DNA from: Auanema rhodensis
Taxonomy: Eukaryota; Animalia; Nematoda
Length of the DNA stretch: 64,000 nucleotides
NCBI GenBank assembly: GCA_964057225.1
Contig: OZ059899.1
Span: forward strand, 15,252,001-15,316,000
Reading direction: 5' to 3'
In this document: one piece after another, positions 40,289 to 55,334 of the stretch
How the letters are laid out: the number at the start of each line of letters is the position of its first letter
Numbering within the stretch: the first letter of the stretch is position 1
The notes under the pieces: generated by a model
Databases searched by the model: none
What the model saw: the letters and a program-made list of their open reading frames with translations, nothing else
Told to the model about the DNA's origin: nothing
Made by a program: the position numbers and the translations under genes

Positions 40289-41607
40289 TGAGGGAACTCC
40301 TGTTTGTTGCTGGATGCCAAAAGATGCCTGGCCCATCGACATACAGCTTAAACAGATAGATGATATCTGCTTAATCTTCAATTTCTAATACAATTGTTTT
40401 AAATTATTTCATATATTAATTATATTTATTGTATATCTAACTATATATATATAGTATAAGCATTATAAACTTTAAAATAATTTTGAAACTTGTAGTCTTC
40501 AGTCTTCGATATACTTGCAACTTGTGTTCTAACCTCAATCAACACATTATTGTATGTACATCCTGATTGTTAATCTTTTCACGAATTCATACAATACAAC
40601 CTTTTCCAACATATTTCAAGCATATTTTTCCAGAAATTCAACTTAACTATATATATATATATATATATAGTTATTATTTCTATTAACTAGATTATATTCT
40701 ATTGATCTATTACTACGAATTAATTAAATAATATTTTGTATTTTATATTTTTTAAAAAATCATTTCTTCATATTTTTTCTAAATAAATATTCTTTTAGAT
40801 ATATAATAAATAGAAGAAAAAGAAGTGATGAACAATCATAAACTATACTATATAATACTTTGTTTTGTTTTGTTTTTATACCAAATATATATGATTATCC
40901 CAATAAGCGAATATGATATAACCTTCATAACATAACAGAAACAGAGAACAAATCGTTTTGAAGATGTTTTTCTATTTGTTTACTAAACATATACATGTAT
41001 TTTCATAAAATATTCTCTTAGTTTCATACTCATCTCGTCTTTTCCCTCTCCTCCTCCTCTTCCTCCTCCTCCTCCTTCTTCTTCTTCTTCTTTTGCTTCG
41101 TTTTCAGCATATTCATGTTTCAGCATAAGTTTTATGATGAATGTTCAACATTAATACTGACTTATCATAGTAAATTACATCTTCGCACGTTCTTATTTTT
41201 TTCTTTTTCAAACTTTTTTTGAACTTTTCATCTTCATTCAGTCAGTTTTCTTTCTTTTTTTTTGGTCTAAAACTATTATTTTTAACTATTACATATGTAA
41301 TATTTTTGTTTAAAAATCTTTGTTAGAAAACCAAATCACATTGTGATTTCTGATTATTTTCTTCTTAATACCAAGTATTAGATCAAATTTTGATTGTAGT
41401 TTTTCAAATTATTTGTACTACTATATCATAAGTACATGTAGTATTTTTAAATATTTACTTCTTCTTTTAGAATTCATTCAAATTTACTTCAATTTATGAA
41501 TATTTTTCAGTTTTATTCTCAAAATTATTCCTAAAATTGATGGTTCAGTAGTAGGGTATCTATTGCCGACAAGATTGGCCGATTACGTATCAACGTTCGA
41601 GCGCGCG

Positions 41608-41642
<35 letters not shown>

Positions 41643-44323
41643 TCCATATTTCAGATCTAATCCAAACTTGTAATATGAAATAAACAATCTTTTTCAATTT
41701 CTTTCTATAGTACTATCTTGTGAGTTCTTTGATTACTGAAGTAAAAGTTCATTCCTCCTTTCTTTTCCTTTTCATCTAATCATTCTCCCAACCTGATCAT
41801 CAATCTCATATATCCTCTCATCCTCACGTGTTATCCAAAATCTTCACCAGACTAGTATGAGAATATAGATAAGAATTACATAAGACGAGTAATTCATTCA
41901 AATCTTCTCTCCTAGATGAATGCCCATTTTTATTTTTTTTTCAACTTGTTACAGTACTACATCAGAATCTTTTTTTTTTTAATTTTACAAATCGGTTAGA
42001 TGTATGTATATCCAGCATACTCTCTTCAAGTGACATTAGGTTTTTCAAAAAACTTTTGCTCTCCCTCTGTTGAGCTTTCTTTGCTCAACCTTTCTTTATT
42101 CTTTACCCCCTCCCCCTCTTTTAGCTATTGGACCAACGACCTGAAGCCAGAAGCAACCTTTGAAAATTGCTCTCAATCTAAAATCTGGAGGGATAAATGA
42201 AAATACTAAATTTTTAATTTCATATGAAATACTTTCACCAACTTTCTAGATTTTTTGCTTTTTTTTGGTTTTGTGTACTTAATAATGCTATCGTGCTGTC
42301 TTCAACTTCAAAAAGGATATCGAGGATTTAGATAAAGCTTCATCCAAGTTACAACGTCATGTGTTCTTTTCTAATTTCAACAAATCAGTCACATTATTGG
42401 CATTTACGTTTCTCTTAATGAAAATTTTTATTTTTTTCATTATTATTTAGATGACGTCATATGCTTTTCTTCTCAATTTCCTCATTATGACTGTTGAGTT
42501 GACTGCACTTCTTCGTCTTCTTCACACCGGCCATCTTGTTGTCAATGTTGCTCCAAACTGTTGTCTGTTAATCCGAATTGCTTTGTTTGTCAGCTGGTCC
42601 AATGATTCATTTTCGGCTCACCATCTTCGTCGTCCACATATTCCATTTCGCTAACTCTCTCCTGTACATCATTACGGTATGATGACTATCACTTCATGTA
42701 TGTTGACGACGATTATCATCAACGCATCGTCGTATGTTCGCGTCTTATCATATGCCTTCAGGCATATTCTACATCACTTCTTTGTTTATATATGAACAAA
42801 CCTCTTTTTCTCCTTCAATAACGTTTTTCCAAAGCCTTCAGAAGATAATTTCAGATGTTTTTTCAAATATCTCAGTGTCATTTTTCTGCTCTCTTGGCAA
42901 CAACTTGAGTTCTGTATAAACCTTGTCAATGGCTTCGTTTTTCATTCAGCCAGTACCTTTATGAGCATTCTTGTCGTCGATTTGAGCAGAATCAAAACCT
43001 AAAAAAAGAAAAATATTCTAAAAACTTGAGCTAGTTTCAGCGTACATTTCCTTTCTTGCTTCGGTGACATTTCAATATTCCAAACTTTTCAATTCAGCTG
43101 TATTCTGAGCTCCAAAAAAATAGAAAAATCCATTCTCCTATGTGATCAAAGATAAAATCAAATATTTTGAAATATCATATAAACTAGCCAGAGAAATAAG
43201 ACTAACGAGAACACCTGCTTTCATATGGCCATTTTACTATTTTCTCCTTTTCCCCCCATTATTATAACCTCTATGATATAGTTAGTTAACTCTCTTTAAC
43301 TATTATATATAAAGTTTATCTTAGATTTTAATATTTTTAAAAATAAAGGATGACAAAACAAACTTTTAAATATTTTAATCAAATTTCAACTTTAAACATT
43401 CGATTTTTCAATGTTAAACTATACTTTATTGACTTATTTTCATTAATATTGTATATTTTCTTTGAATATTATTCATATAATCTTTAATATTTTCAAATAT
43501 AATGTTCATATTCCTGATATGTATGTAGTTTGTTCGGAAACTTCCGCTCAAACATTTTCTTTTCGTCCAAAAGACGTTCAACATCATTTTTTCTTTTCAT
43601 ATTTACTCATATTCCCATGATTTGTTACATATTAAATTAAAATTACCAATTAGATAGTTCAGTGAATTTCCTTGAACATCGTAAAATGCTGCAACCGCTC
43701 TCAATAGTTTTCTCACCAAAAATGAAAGCTTTTTTTATTTTTGATAAACAAGTAAGCTCTAATCATTAATTCATTTTTCCATATAATTAATGATGTATTT
43801 TTCACTTTTAAACTATAAAAATTCCAATATAATCCGTTAATTTAATAAAATTATTTATAAAAATGAAAATTTTATAAAAAAAAAATTAACTAATTAATGA
43901 TAAATCGATTAGAATAATCTATATAAATATAAATATGTAGCACACAATCATTGAACATTATTTTTATATTTCACCTGTAAGCATAATTTTATTATTTTTG
44001 AGAGAAATTGAAGAAAAAAAAACTTTTTTGCAACTATAAAACTGATTTTTCTGCCTTTTTTTGTGTTAAATCTATTAAATGTTAAATTTAAAAAAGAACT
44101 GAATGTTTAGATGAAACAAATAAAAGAGAGGGAGGAAGGGAAGAGAATTAGTAGCTGAAGATCATATCATCAGATGTCCTTTTCATTTAATTTTGAAAAA
44201 AATTAAATTAAATTGTGTGTTAAAGGTAAACATACATGTCCATTTAAGGAAATGACAACAATCCTAACTGAAAACATGCAATGGCTTAATTTAATTTTTT
44301 TAAACTTTAATCCGAAAATCTAT

Positions 44324-44332
44324 AGAGAGAGA

Positions 44333-44426
<94 letters not shown>
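44324..44426. repeat. (GA)n microsatellite
   Basis: Direct observation. Similar tracts at ~45503-45555, 46607-46680 and 48442-48518. Confidence 0.97.
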
Positions 44427-44428
<2 letters not shown>

Positions 44429-45495
44429 CAGTTATGACTATAAACTTGAAGAGAGAACGTAAAAAAGTCGTTAGAATTCTCTCAGAAAGCGAGAGACTTC
44501 CGTGATCTTCATCAATTGTTTTCATTTTCTTTTTCTTCTTATTATTTTCTTCTTTTTTTTTCTTCATAAAAGAAAATAAAAAGACAAATAAGATATAGAA
44601 GTATGAAAAGTATGTTGACCAACAACTTTATTTCTATTTTTTAACTTTGAGGGCCGTTTTCGTCGTCTCTTCTAGATCTTCTACTGCTTCTTCCATCCTC
44701 CACTCTTTTCTCTTCACATCTATTCGACGTCTACTAGCTATGCCCAAATGCCTTTAGGCTATTTTTGTTTTGTTTTGTTTTTTTCTTTCTCTTCTTAAAT
44801 TCCTTATATGTTATATTTCTTTTAGTTCAAAAACTGAACTAAGCAAGGAGAGAGAGAGAGAGACTGAATGAATAAAGAAGCTAAGCAATTCATGGGCCAT
44901 GTCTTGCTTCGTCCTCCTACTCCCTCATTCTGTTCACCTCTTCTTCCTCTTTCAGCATTTCTCCAGCATTTTCTCTACTACCTATTAGTGTTTTTTTTAT
45001 TTTTCAAAGGTGGTGATAGATCATTGAAGCTTACATATCAGTCTAATTTTTCAGTTGCAAAGTTCCAAACTCTCATCAGCTGTCTTTTCTCTTATATTCG
45101 TAAATTTTTATATTTAATCTCTAATTGTATAATTATCTAATATCATTTCTTAACTATGCAAAACTTTGAAAAATAATTTTATTATAACTATATCATATCA
45201 ATTATATTTTTTTTCTTTTTATAATTAATAGAAAATGACATAAATATTTAGTTTATACATATATAACATGTCTGCAAGTTAAAGCTTTAGATAACGGTGA
45301 TCAATCATATCTGAGTTCAAGTTTCTCATTCATTCACCCTCCATTTCCACTCTTTTATTTCGTTCAAAATGTTATATTTATGTCCTCAGGCTATTAGCTG
45401 TATACAATTGATGTTAACTTTTATTGAAAGACAACCCGGAAAATATGTATTGAGCCCCAGTTTTGAAGATAAAAAGAGAAATAGAGAGAGTGATA

Positions 45496-45559
<64 letters not shown>

Positions 45560-46602
45560 GAGGATTCGCTTAAAAGTTCATTTTTTTCTGTTTAGCCACT
45601 TCCACCAAATGATGTGATGGTTCGAAATCGTGAAATTTTTGACTGAAATGTTGAAAAGCTATAAAGATGATGATGGAGCAAATTTTAAAATTATAAGTTT
45701 TAATGACCATCGGCTCGTCAAACGAATACGAATAGCGTTTTTCCAAAATTTTTTTTTGTGCGAAAAAAAAACTTTTTGCTTGACCCTCTGTTCTCTCGAA
45801 AGTTGAAGATTTTCTTGCTTTTTCTTAATCGCATACACTTCTTGCCAACGTCATTGTCTCATTTTACTACTCTCTTTTCACGTTTTTGGTTATTTTGGTA
45901 ATTCTCTTCAGAACTTTAGCCTTATCTTCAGTCTAAACACTCACTCAGCCCACATACATACATACTTATACATCTATATAGAATAAGAGAGAGAGAAAAA
46001 AAAAAGAAAAAATATCAAAAGAGATAGAGAGTGAAAGGGGAAAAACAGAGAGATCGGAAGAGAGTTTGTATGTATGCTGCACCTCATTTCCACCGTTAAT
46101 ACTCTTCTGGCTATTTTTGATTGTGTATCAGCAAAAATATAAAAACATCTAACTCTACATCATATTCTGAGAGAATGAAATTTTTTTTCTTTTCTTTTGC
46201 TAAAAAAGGTGAGTGCGAAACTTCCCCTCTCTCTCTCTATCTCTCTCTCTCTCTCTCTCTGCCTAAATATGAATAACAGGTGTGATATTCTCTGATATTT
46301 CCTGTTTAACAGCTTTATACGTGCACATGCAGTGGATGACATGCTATCAACATCTAGATGCTTATCTTAGCCAGAGGAGAAGCATGAACATGAGCACTAC
46401 TATCCACATGGCGTATGCCACACAATGAACATTTCGTTTTTTTTTTGTCAAACTGAACGTTTTGGATTAAGAAAAGGAACAAAAAAATTCTTTATGTTAG
46501 AGCAGTATTAGTGAAGTATAATACTTCATCATTCTGCCACACATCTTTTCTCGATATGTTACTTGAAAGATTCTTTCTAATGTCTTTACCATAGAAGAGA
46601 GT

Positions 46603-46658
<56 letters not shown>

Positions 46659-47636
46659 AAGAGAGAGAGAGGGAGAGAGAATAACTGAGAGAGATGCAAG
46701 AAGTATGGAAAAGCAGGCGTTATTTGAAAAAAATAAAAGTAAATACCCTACGGCTTCGTAATCATATTATTATTTTGAATAACTATTTATATGTATGCTT
46801 ATATACATATACTATATAGTATATTTTACTATATGTATATGGTAAACATACAAAAAAAAGTTTTTTTTAGCTACTTATACAATTGGTCGAAATATAAAAT
46901 ACAATTTGGTTCATCCTCATCTTGCTACTGCGACCGTCGTCTTCAGCAGCAGAGCTAGTTGCAACTAGCTCTTCTAGTGTTTCTCTTTGGCTTATCATCT
47001 GACGTCTTCAACTGACGTTGTATCCTCCCATTCTTACTTACTTACTGACTTACGCCGGTAGCCAACATCATCATCTTCATCTTCATCTTGTCGTCTTCTT
47101 CTGACGTCGTTTAACGTTTTGCTTTTCTTCTTCAATTCTTATCTTTATTATACTTTCTTCTGATTAGTTAGCTCTTAACTCTTCAAGAGCCACTGTATTC
47201 ATTCATTTAATGAAAAAAAATCTCCGAATTCTCAGATATTCCTTCACATCCTGTCACTTGTTCATTGATCTGTTTGGCTTTCATGGTTGTGGATGATCAT
47301 ACCATATCTACACCCAGTCGTTGATCGTAGTTCTGGATCTTTAAGACAACTCAATATGGCATATTCGCACTTTTTTTTATTCTTTGGCTTTGAGACTTTC
47401 TCTACTCTCTCTTTCTCTTAATCCCCCCTCTCTCCCACTCTCTCTCTCTCTTCCTTTTTTCTTCGAGATATCAGTATGTCTGAAGCAAAACTAGATTTGT
47501 CTTCAAAATTGCGAATATCAACACCTCCATTTCTCTCTCCTGCACCTGCTGCATCATAGTCAATATTCCGATGAGTTCTGATGCAATGCCCTCGTTGTTA
47601 GCTTCTGTAGCAAGAGAAGGACAGGAAAAGACAGAT

Positions 47637-47675
<39 letters not shown>

Positions 47676-48437
47676 TATGAGAGAAGAGACTTCTATCTTC
47701 GATCGAGGCCCTCATTGTCTTTCAAATCTATTACCAGGTTAAGTGGAATTTTCCCGAATGATAGTGATGAAGTATTCAGCACAATATCTCAATCGGCCAT
47801 TTTTTTTGTACAAAAATTTCGATGACATCGAACCCTCATTCTTCAATTCTTAAACTATTTTCTCTTTTAATTTACTTTCTCTCTCTCTCTCTCTCTTTCT
47901 TTTGTCCTCAATACTTGTCTATTTGAAATGCTTAATCAACATTTCTCCTATATTCATGTGATACTTTTATATTTAAACTAGTAAAACTATATAAATTTCT
48001 TTATCTTATTATAAATATTTTTGTTTTTTGATCAATTATAATTAATTTTATAGTTAAAGAATAAAATTTGATTATATTTTCATTTTTTACTTTCTTTGTA
48101 CCAACAAGAAGCTTTGTTATGCATTATGCTTGTCTTAGATTCATCCATCTTGACTTACTTCTGTTATTATCTTCTCATCTTCTTTAACATTCATCTAATA
48201 TATTTTCATTCATTTATCATATTTTCTTTATAAATTTTGGCTTTTTTCCATGTTTTATAAACTTTTTAAAGGACACAATATCTCGTGTAAACTATAGACT
48301 TACTTACATATACGTTATGACATCGTAATCAGATTATCTTTCATCATTTAATTCAAAAATTTTTAGATTTTCCTTAACTATATCAACTAACTATATCATA
48401 TCATATGAAAAAAGATATTTGTTCTTTAATCAAACGT

Positions 48438-48521
<84 letters not shown>

Positions 48522-50267
48522 ATGAATTGCATATCGTTGCAGTTAGATTAAGATTTTCAAAGAACATTGAGACATCTTTATTATTCAATTGAAAAATACC
48601 GTATTGTTCTTTATCCTCTTTTCATATTAATCTTTATTAACTATATCATATAGTATATTCATATACTTTTTTTCATTTTTAAGTATTTATCAAAAGTACT
48701 TTCGAAATATTATAGTTAAAACAAATGAAATGTTATAATAATTATGATTATAAGTCGTGAATGTTAAGAAGAAAGTACTATCATTGTTCAATTACATAGT
48801 TAATTCAAAAATAGTTTATTAGAATTTCACGTAAAATATTTACGTGAAATAAGTAAATCATCATTTTTTGAAATAGAACTCACAATAACGGTTGCATTCT
48901 CTCAATTTTCTCTCTCTCTTTATCTCTTTATCTCTCTCCCTCTCTCTATCACTCTCTCTTTCATTTATTATCACTTACCAATAGTCTACTTATCCACTTA
49001 TTGTTTCTCTCATTTTATTTTATGAATATTTTCTTTATTTCATCTCTTTTTTCCCACTTTTTGCAATGTGTTTCAAAGCATTTCCCTTTTCCTGCTCAGC
49101 AAATATGAATGCAATAGAGAAAAAATTCTTCGTTCTGAGTTTTAACAAGACAAATAACATTTCAATTCAATTCTTATCTCTATAGTCAAGCAATCCGTTC
49201 ATTTATTTTGATTTTTCAGTTTGTATGGTTCAGTTCATTTGCACTAAAAAGGAGAAAAAAGTTTTTTTTTTGTTCTCAAAGTTTATAACAGCTGGTTCTA
49301 AAGCGAAGATGAGAAATTAGGATATATAGCTCTTAGGACTAAATCAAGTTCATCTTCTGAAAAAAGTCCAAGTTGCTTATATTCGTTGATATCATCGAAT
49401 TCAAACTTCATGGCACATGTTCAAGTATATGTTCTTGCTATTCTTCTTCCATTTTCATCTCTGCATCTGGTCTCATCACAAAAAAAAGACTGAACCTAAA
49501 TGGCCCTCAGGGTATTTCGATGACAAACTGACAAACGTCTCGATAGCTCTGAAGAGCTGGAACTTTTTTTTTTCACTTCAAAACAGAAAAAAAGGGAGTT
49601 CAGTTCATTCTGACAAGCTGCACGCTGCTGACCGCCTTCAGATGCAAATGTAGTACTAGTCCTGGATGAAAAAAGAATATCAAAGCTTGTTATGCTGAAG
49701 ATAAACGTCAGAATTTTCTGTTTTTCAGCCTTTTTCTGTATATTGATATGAAATTTCATCAAACTCTCCTCATCTTTCAAACATTTTCTTAGCCATGTTT
49801 GTGGAAAAAATTATCAACTGGTTAGCTAAGCTGAAACAATAGAATAATCAAAGCTGATTGAATGAAATAGCTTGATGAAACACTAGAAAAATAAAAAAAA
49901 AGAAAATAAAAGAGAAGAGAATGAAGTGAATAGAGAGGGAAATCAGGAAATTATACAAAGTGTGTTGTGTTATGTGCATGTATGGATGTGTGTGTGTGTG
50001 TGTGTGTGTGTTGTCTCTTCATTTAATTCAATTATCATTTGGATATGAAAAGAGAATATTCTACAGTCTACTTGATGAAGAGATTATACAGGGAGAGAGA
50101 GGGAGAGAGAGAGAGAATGAGAGAGAAAGAGGGAGAACGGACAGAAGCGCATCGGAGCTATGATATACATACAGAGCTTTACATCATGAACGGTATTGTC
50201 CTCAATGTTGCTGTGACGTCTATAAATTTAAAAAAAAGAACTGTCTAGAAGCATCATACGGCTCATC

Positions 50268-50268
50268 C

Positions 50269-50362
<94 letters not shown>
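50268..50362. repeat. (CT)n microsatellite
   Basis: Direct observation. Similar tracts at ~50571-50670 (compound GA/GATT), 53126-53190, 54088-54151 and 55261-55331. Confidence 0.97.
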
Positions 50363-50364
<2 letters not shown>

Positions 50365-51769
50365 ATTCTTCTTTTGAATTGTGCAAAATTTTCAGTCATA
50401 TTAACTTCAACTTTTAATTCGTATTATATTCTATAATCTATTGAAATATTCTTATTTAAGGATTATCTATACATATAATCTCTTTTTCTTTTAGAAATAA
50501 TAAAATCTTATACTTATTCTATTACCCTTATAGAATTAACATCTTCTTATAATAAAGAGGAAATACATATGAGAGAGAGAGAGAGATTGAGAGAGAGAGA
50601 GAGCGAGAGAGATTGAGAGAGAGAGAGAGAGATTGAGAGAGAGAGAGAGAGAGATTGAGAGAGATCGAGAAAGGTGGTTCAGTTCAAAGCTCTCCATGTG
50701 TCCTAAAATAATTTTCTATTCAACAGTTGATTATTTCATATATTTACTTTTATTCACATAGTTAACAAATCTTTTAAAAATAATTATAATTCACAAAGAA
50801 AAAATCAAAATATGCCATCCGAGACTGCACTTCTTCTCAGATGTTTCACTTCAAATGAGTGAGATACTGCATTCTAGATCTCACAAACCTTGAAATAGGT
50901 AATAAAAAAAGTTTTTTCTTTTCCATTTTCCAGCTCTAATTATCAAAAATTGATAAAAATAGAATTTTTTATAAGTAAAACCGAGAAAAAAGAGATAAAA
51001 ATTGTTTTTTTTTGTTGGAAAAGGGAGGGTGGGTGGGTACGAGTGTCCTACTTCATCATACGTCATGCTTCTTTATTTGCCCCCAGCATTGTCTATGTCC
51101 AATTCCTATGTGTTTTTATGTTTTTTTTTCCAAAATCTCTTCCTTCTTCTTTCTTTGAATATAATTTATGCGTATGAATTTGTCTTTTCTTTAAGCTTTA
51201 AAAGCCAATTTTACTTGTATTTTCCTCTTATATGATCTCTGTTTTATCTATATATTATATACGTATATACGTATATTATATTAACTATATACATATATTT
51301 AACTTCAAAATTGATTATGAATTGTCCATTTTCTTTCTTTCATTCTTCAATACTTTTATTATTTTTATGTCTTTTTCTTTTCTTTGAGATCAAATAAGAG
51401 ATGGAAATTTGTGAATCTAATCGTCAAGCTCAAGCTAACACACCAGATCATCTTTCGCTATTTTTGCCTTGTTCTCTCTCATTCTCTCTCTTTCTTACTT
51501 CTTCCTATTTTCCTCTCTATCGTTCTCTTTCTCTCAATACCACCTTCATAGCAATAGTTCCCTCCCACCCGCAATCTTAATCTTCCAATAAGGATATCCA
51601 ATTGAATTTACTCGATGGTATTTCTTTCTGCTCAACAGCTTCATCTCATATCCCTTTCTAACTTGAATCGCCCTTTTGGTCTTACTCTATCTCTCTCTTA
51701 TTCACTTTATATTTCTCTGATATGTCACTAACATGAATGTAGCTTAGTCAGTTCAATTTTCTACTCGTG

Positions 51770-52540
51770 AGCTTCATGTTTTCCAAATTTCAAACGGATG
51801 ATGTACTGTCGGCAACATTCTTCTCTCCTAATCTGCAACACCGATGGATGTTGCTTTGCTTGAATGGCTACGACAATTGCGTCGTGTTCAGCTTCCGTTC
51901 ATCTACATCCACAGCTGCATCACTGAGACTTTTCCTTTTTCACTCATTGCTATTACTCTCTTTGTACTAGCTTTAAACATTTTTCCAAAATTGTCAGCTT
52001 AAACCAATCCCCCCCCAAACCGCATCTCTCACTCTCCTGCTTCAGCCATCTGTACAACTTTCAGATTACTGCTTCATGGTCGACCAATTCAACAGATCCC
52101 AGTTTCGCAAAGTATGATGAGATGATGATTCTCCAACCACGTTATGTTGCCCTCGGCAATAGTTTTAGACTTTCTCAAGCACATATTAGGAAAAGAGTTG
52201 CCGCCGGCCATTCTCTTAAGACTTTCATATAAGGCCGTTGTCGACAATGTGGACAACGGCTATAACGACGAATAGCCTGCCTCCCACCAGGACTTCAGAT
52301 GAATATTGCAAGCTTTTACATTTCCGATTACTTCATCCGACAAGCATTGTTCATTTTTCGCGTTTCAATATCCTTCTCACAGCGCCAAGCAGCTCTGGTT
52401 AAGCCACCCAAGCTTGTGGCTTTCACTTTTCCAACCGAATCAACGACATATAATGCTTCTCCTGATATCTTGCACCCAATGCATTATGCATCACGATGAT
52501 CTTCTTTCGAATCTCTCCAACTTCCTGGTTTCTTAGAAAA
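51770..52540 (-). mobile_element. Decayed BEL/Pao LTR retrotransposon integrase fragment
   Basis: A GC-elevated island. The minus strand reads FI*SPGGRQAIRRYSRCPHCRQRPY, compared with the BEL/Pao pattern WIPxGRxxVKRVIxxCxxC (W mutated to TGA). It is followed colinearly by ILCET..VELVD (cf. TCxxTRAxHLELV) and RKLNTTQL. Multiple stops and frameshifts. Confidence 0.55.
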
Positions 52541-53123
52541 ATACTTCATTTCACGTGAATCGACGTGAATTTCGAAAGAGTGAACTCATTCTCCTCAGCA
52601 ATTTCGCAGGGTTCGGTTGCTTTTGAATGATTTTTGTTCGAAAATTTCTCTTTGTACTCTGAAGATGTGATATTAATTGATATTTTCTTTCATATTTAGA
52701 TGTATAGTCATCCGGAATTCATATATATTTGATATTCACTTCAATATAATCTAAGCTAAAACTTTTCCAAGTACAAACTTGAAGAAAAGATTATTCAGAA
52801 GTGATTTTCCTTCTTATTCTCATTCTATATCATCATCATCATCATCATCTTCTTCTTCTTCTATTTCTTCATCATTTTCTAGTTCTTCTTTAAACTTCAC
52901 AATCAACGAAATTACATAATGTTGACTTGGTTTTGTTTCTTTTCTTGTCTATCTTTCATGGCTTTCATGCATTGTCCCAGCTGTTACATATAGTAAAACT
53001 ATTTAGTAACATAGTATTCATTAGCATCAATGACTCATTTAAACGATTTTTCTTATTCCTAAACTTATCTAACCTCTTGATTATTAGAGTAGAAGGTTGA
53101 TGTTTAATGTCTGACCTTAAGAG

Positions 53124-53198
<75 letters not shown>

Positions 53199-54085
53199 GC
53201 TAGGAGAAGTTGTCAACCTGAAACAGCGCGGTGCCAATATGTATAGAAGATTATCCTAAAGCATATTTAATATTTTTTATGTTTTATTTCTTCTGTCCGA
53301 CTTGTGAACTAGCTGTGCTAACTATATTAACTCAATAATTTCTATATTATATTTTAAAATAATATATATTATATAGTTAAGTATATGATATAGTTAATTA
53401 ATAGTTAATATAATATACCGTATATGAATATATATGTATGTATATATCACAAAAGAATAATTTCAATAAGAACAAATAAGATATTTAAAAAAAAAAAGTT
53501 TTTTTTTCACTTCAAGACCAATATCAATCTTTGTGTATCTTTCTTGTTATTTCTATTTCTATATTGTATATAAACACAGTTTTTTGATTCATTTTATCTA
53601 AAAATCGACAGCTAATTGCATATTGAAATAGCCGGAGGGGAGTGGAAAATGAAGAGAGATGGGGTGTGTGGTGTGGTAGAGGGGGGGGGAGGAGGAGGAG
53701 GAGGACAGAGAATGGACTGGTAGGGGTGGTATAGAAAGAGTTCTTCTTTCAACTTGTCACAATGCTTCTAATGACTGAGCATAGGAAGAGGTAAAAGCTC
53801 TGTAAGTTGTATGTATGTATGTACATACATGTATATTTCTGTTAAATTATTTGATATTTATATCTTTTATAATAATAATTTTATTTTTTATTTTATATAT
53901 TTCCTTTTATATTTTTTAAAAATTTAATTATATAAGATATAACTAGATCTAGAAGGTTATACTATGATAATTAAGAATGAAGTATTTGCTACTTCCTTGT
54001 ACGAACTTCTTATGTACTTCCTCAAACTTTCGAAACTTTTAGTAGACAATGAAGAAAGAGAATGGGTGTTAGAAAAGGTAAAGAT

Positions 54086-54151
<66 letters not shown>

Positions 54152-55000
54152 TAAGTATGAAGGAAGGTATGTTAGAAAAAGTCATTTTTTGATGATTTTT
54201 TTATTGAAGTAATGTATTTATGTTGTATATTGCATATTGTGAGTGTGTGTGTTCGCTGTATGCTCGTGAGAAAAACAATTTTCCTTCTTCTCTCTCTCCT
54301 TTTTTTCCATAAATGTATAAACTTATTGTTGTTTATAATTATTATAACTAAGAACTAGATTTAAATTATTTATTCAATATACTATGTGTATAGTATACTT
54401 TTTTTGTTTTTTTTTAAGTTATTGATTGATATTATCAACAAAAAAATGCTTATAAGAGAAATATTTGATGATGATGAGCATTGCTGACTTCAATTTAATT
54501 AAGTTTTAGCTATTTATGAGTGATTTATATAGATTATATGATATATTCTATTTAAATGTTATGAAGAATCTAAACTATTTGAACCTAAAGTTCAAACGGA
54601 TTCAGACTATTCAAACGAATCTTCATAAGATGAAGCTGCATATCTCTGCAAATCAACTAAACTTCTTCTTTTTCTTACAAGTTTTCAATGAAAATAATCT
54701 GAAATGTTGTTGGAAAACATTTGATTGACATAGAATATGCTGGAAAATTCTTCTTTTCTTACAAAGTGTAAAACTTTTTTTTTTAATTCTAAAAAAAAAA
54801 GAATTATATTGACAAACATGATGTGGCTTATCGTTCCAATTTACATTAAATGCACGTTTTTTATTTGTCCAGCTTACGTGACTTCAGCCTGACCTGACAC
54901 AGATTTACAGGAAAATTTGATTAAGTTCAGTGTTAATATTGATGAAACAAGCTACTCTTTTAAATGAGAAAAAAGAAATTTATGTAATTGAGAGGGAAAA

Positions 55001-55041
<41 letters not shown>

Positions 55042-55257
55042 GGAGAGAGAGGGGGCAGTGAGATTGAGTGAACTCGATGACCTTAATCCATTATTATTTT
55101 GTTTAAAAAAAAAACCAAAAAATCTATTTGTTCTTTTTCTAAATGAAATCTAAAAAGTCAAAAGATGAATATATCACATTGTTTGCCACGTGCATATGAA
55201 GCTGATTCTTTTTTCGGGAGAAGATATACACCATTGAGAGGTAGATATAAGGAAGAA

Positions 55258-55334
<77 letters not shown>

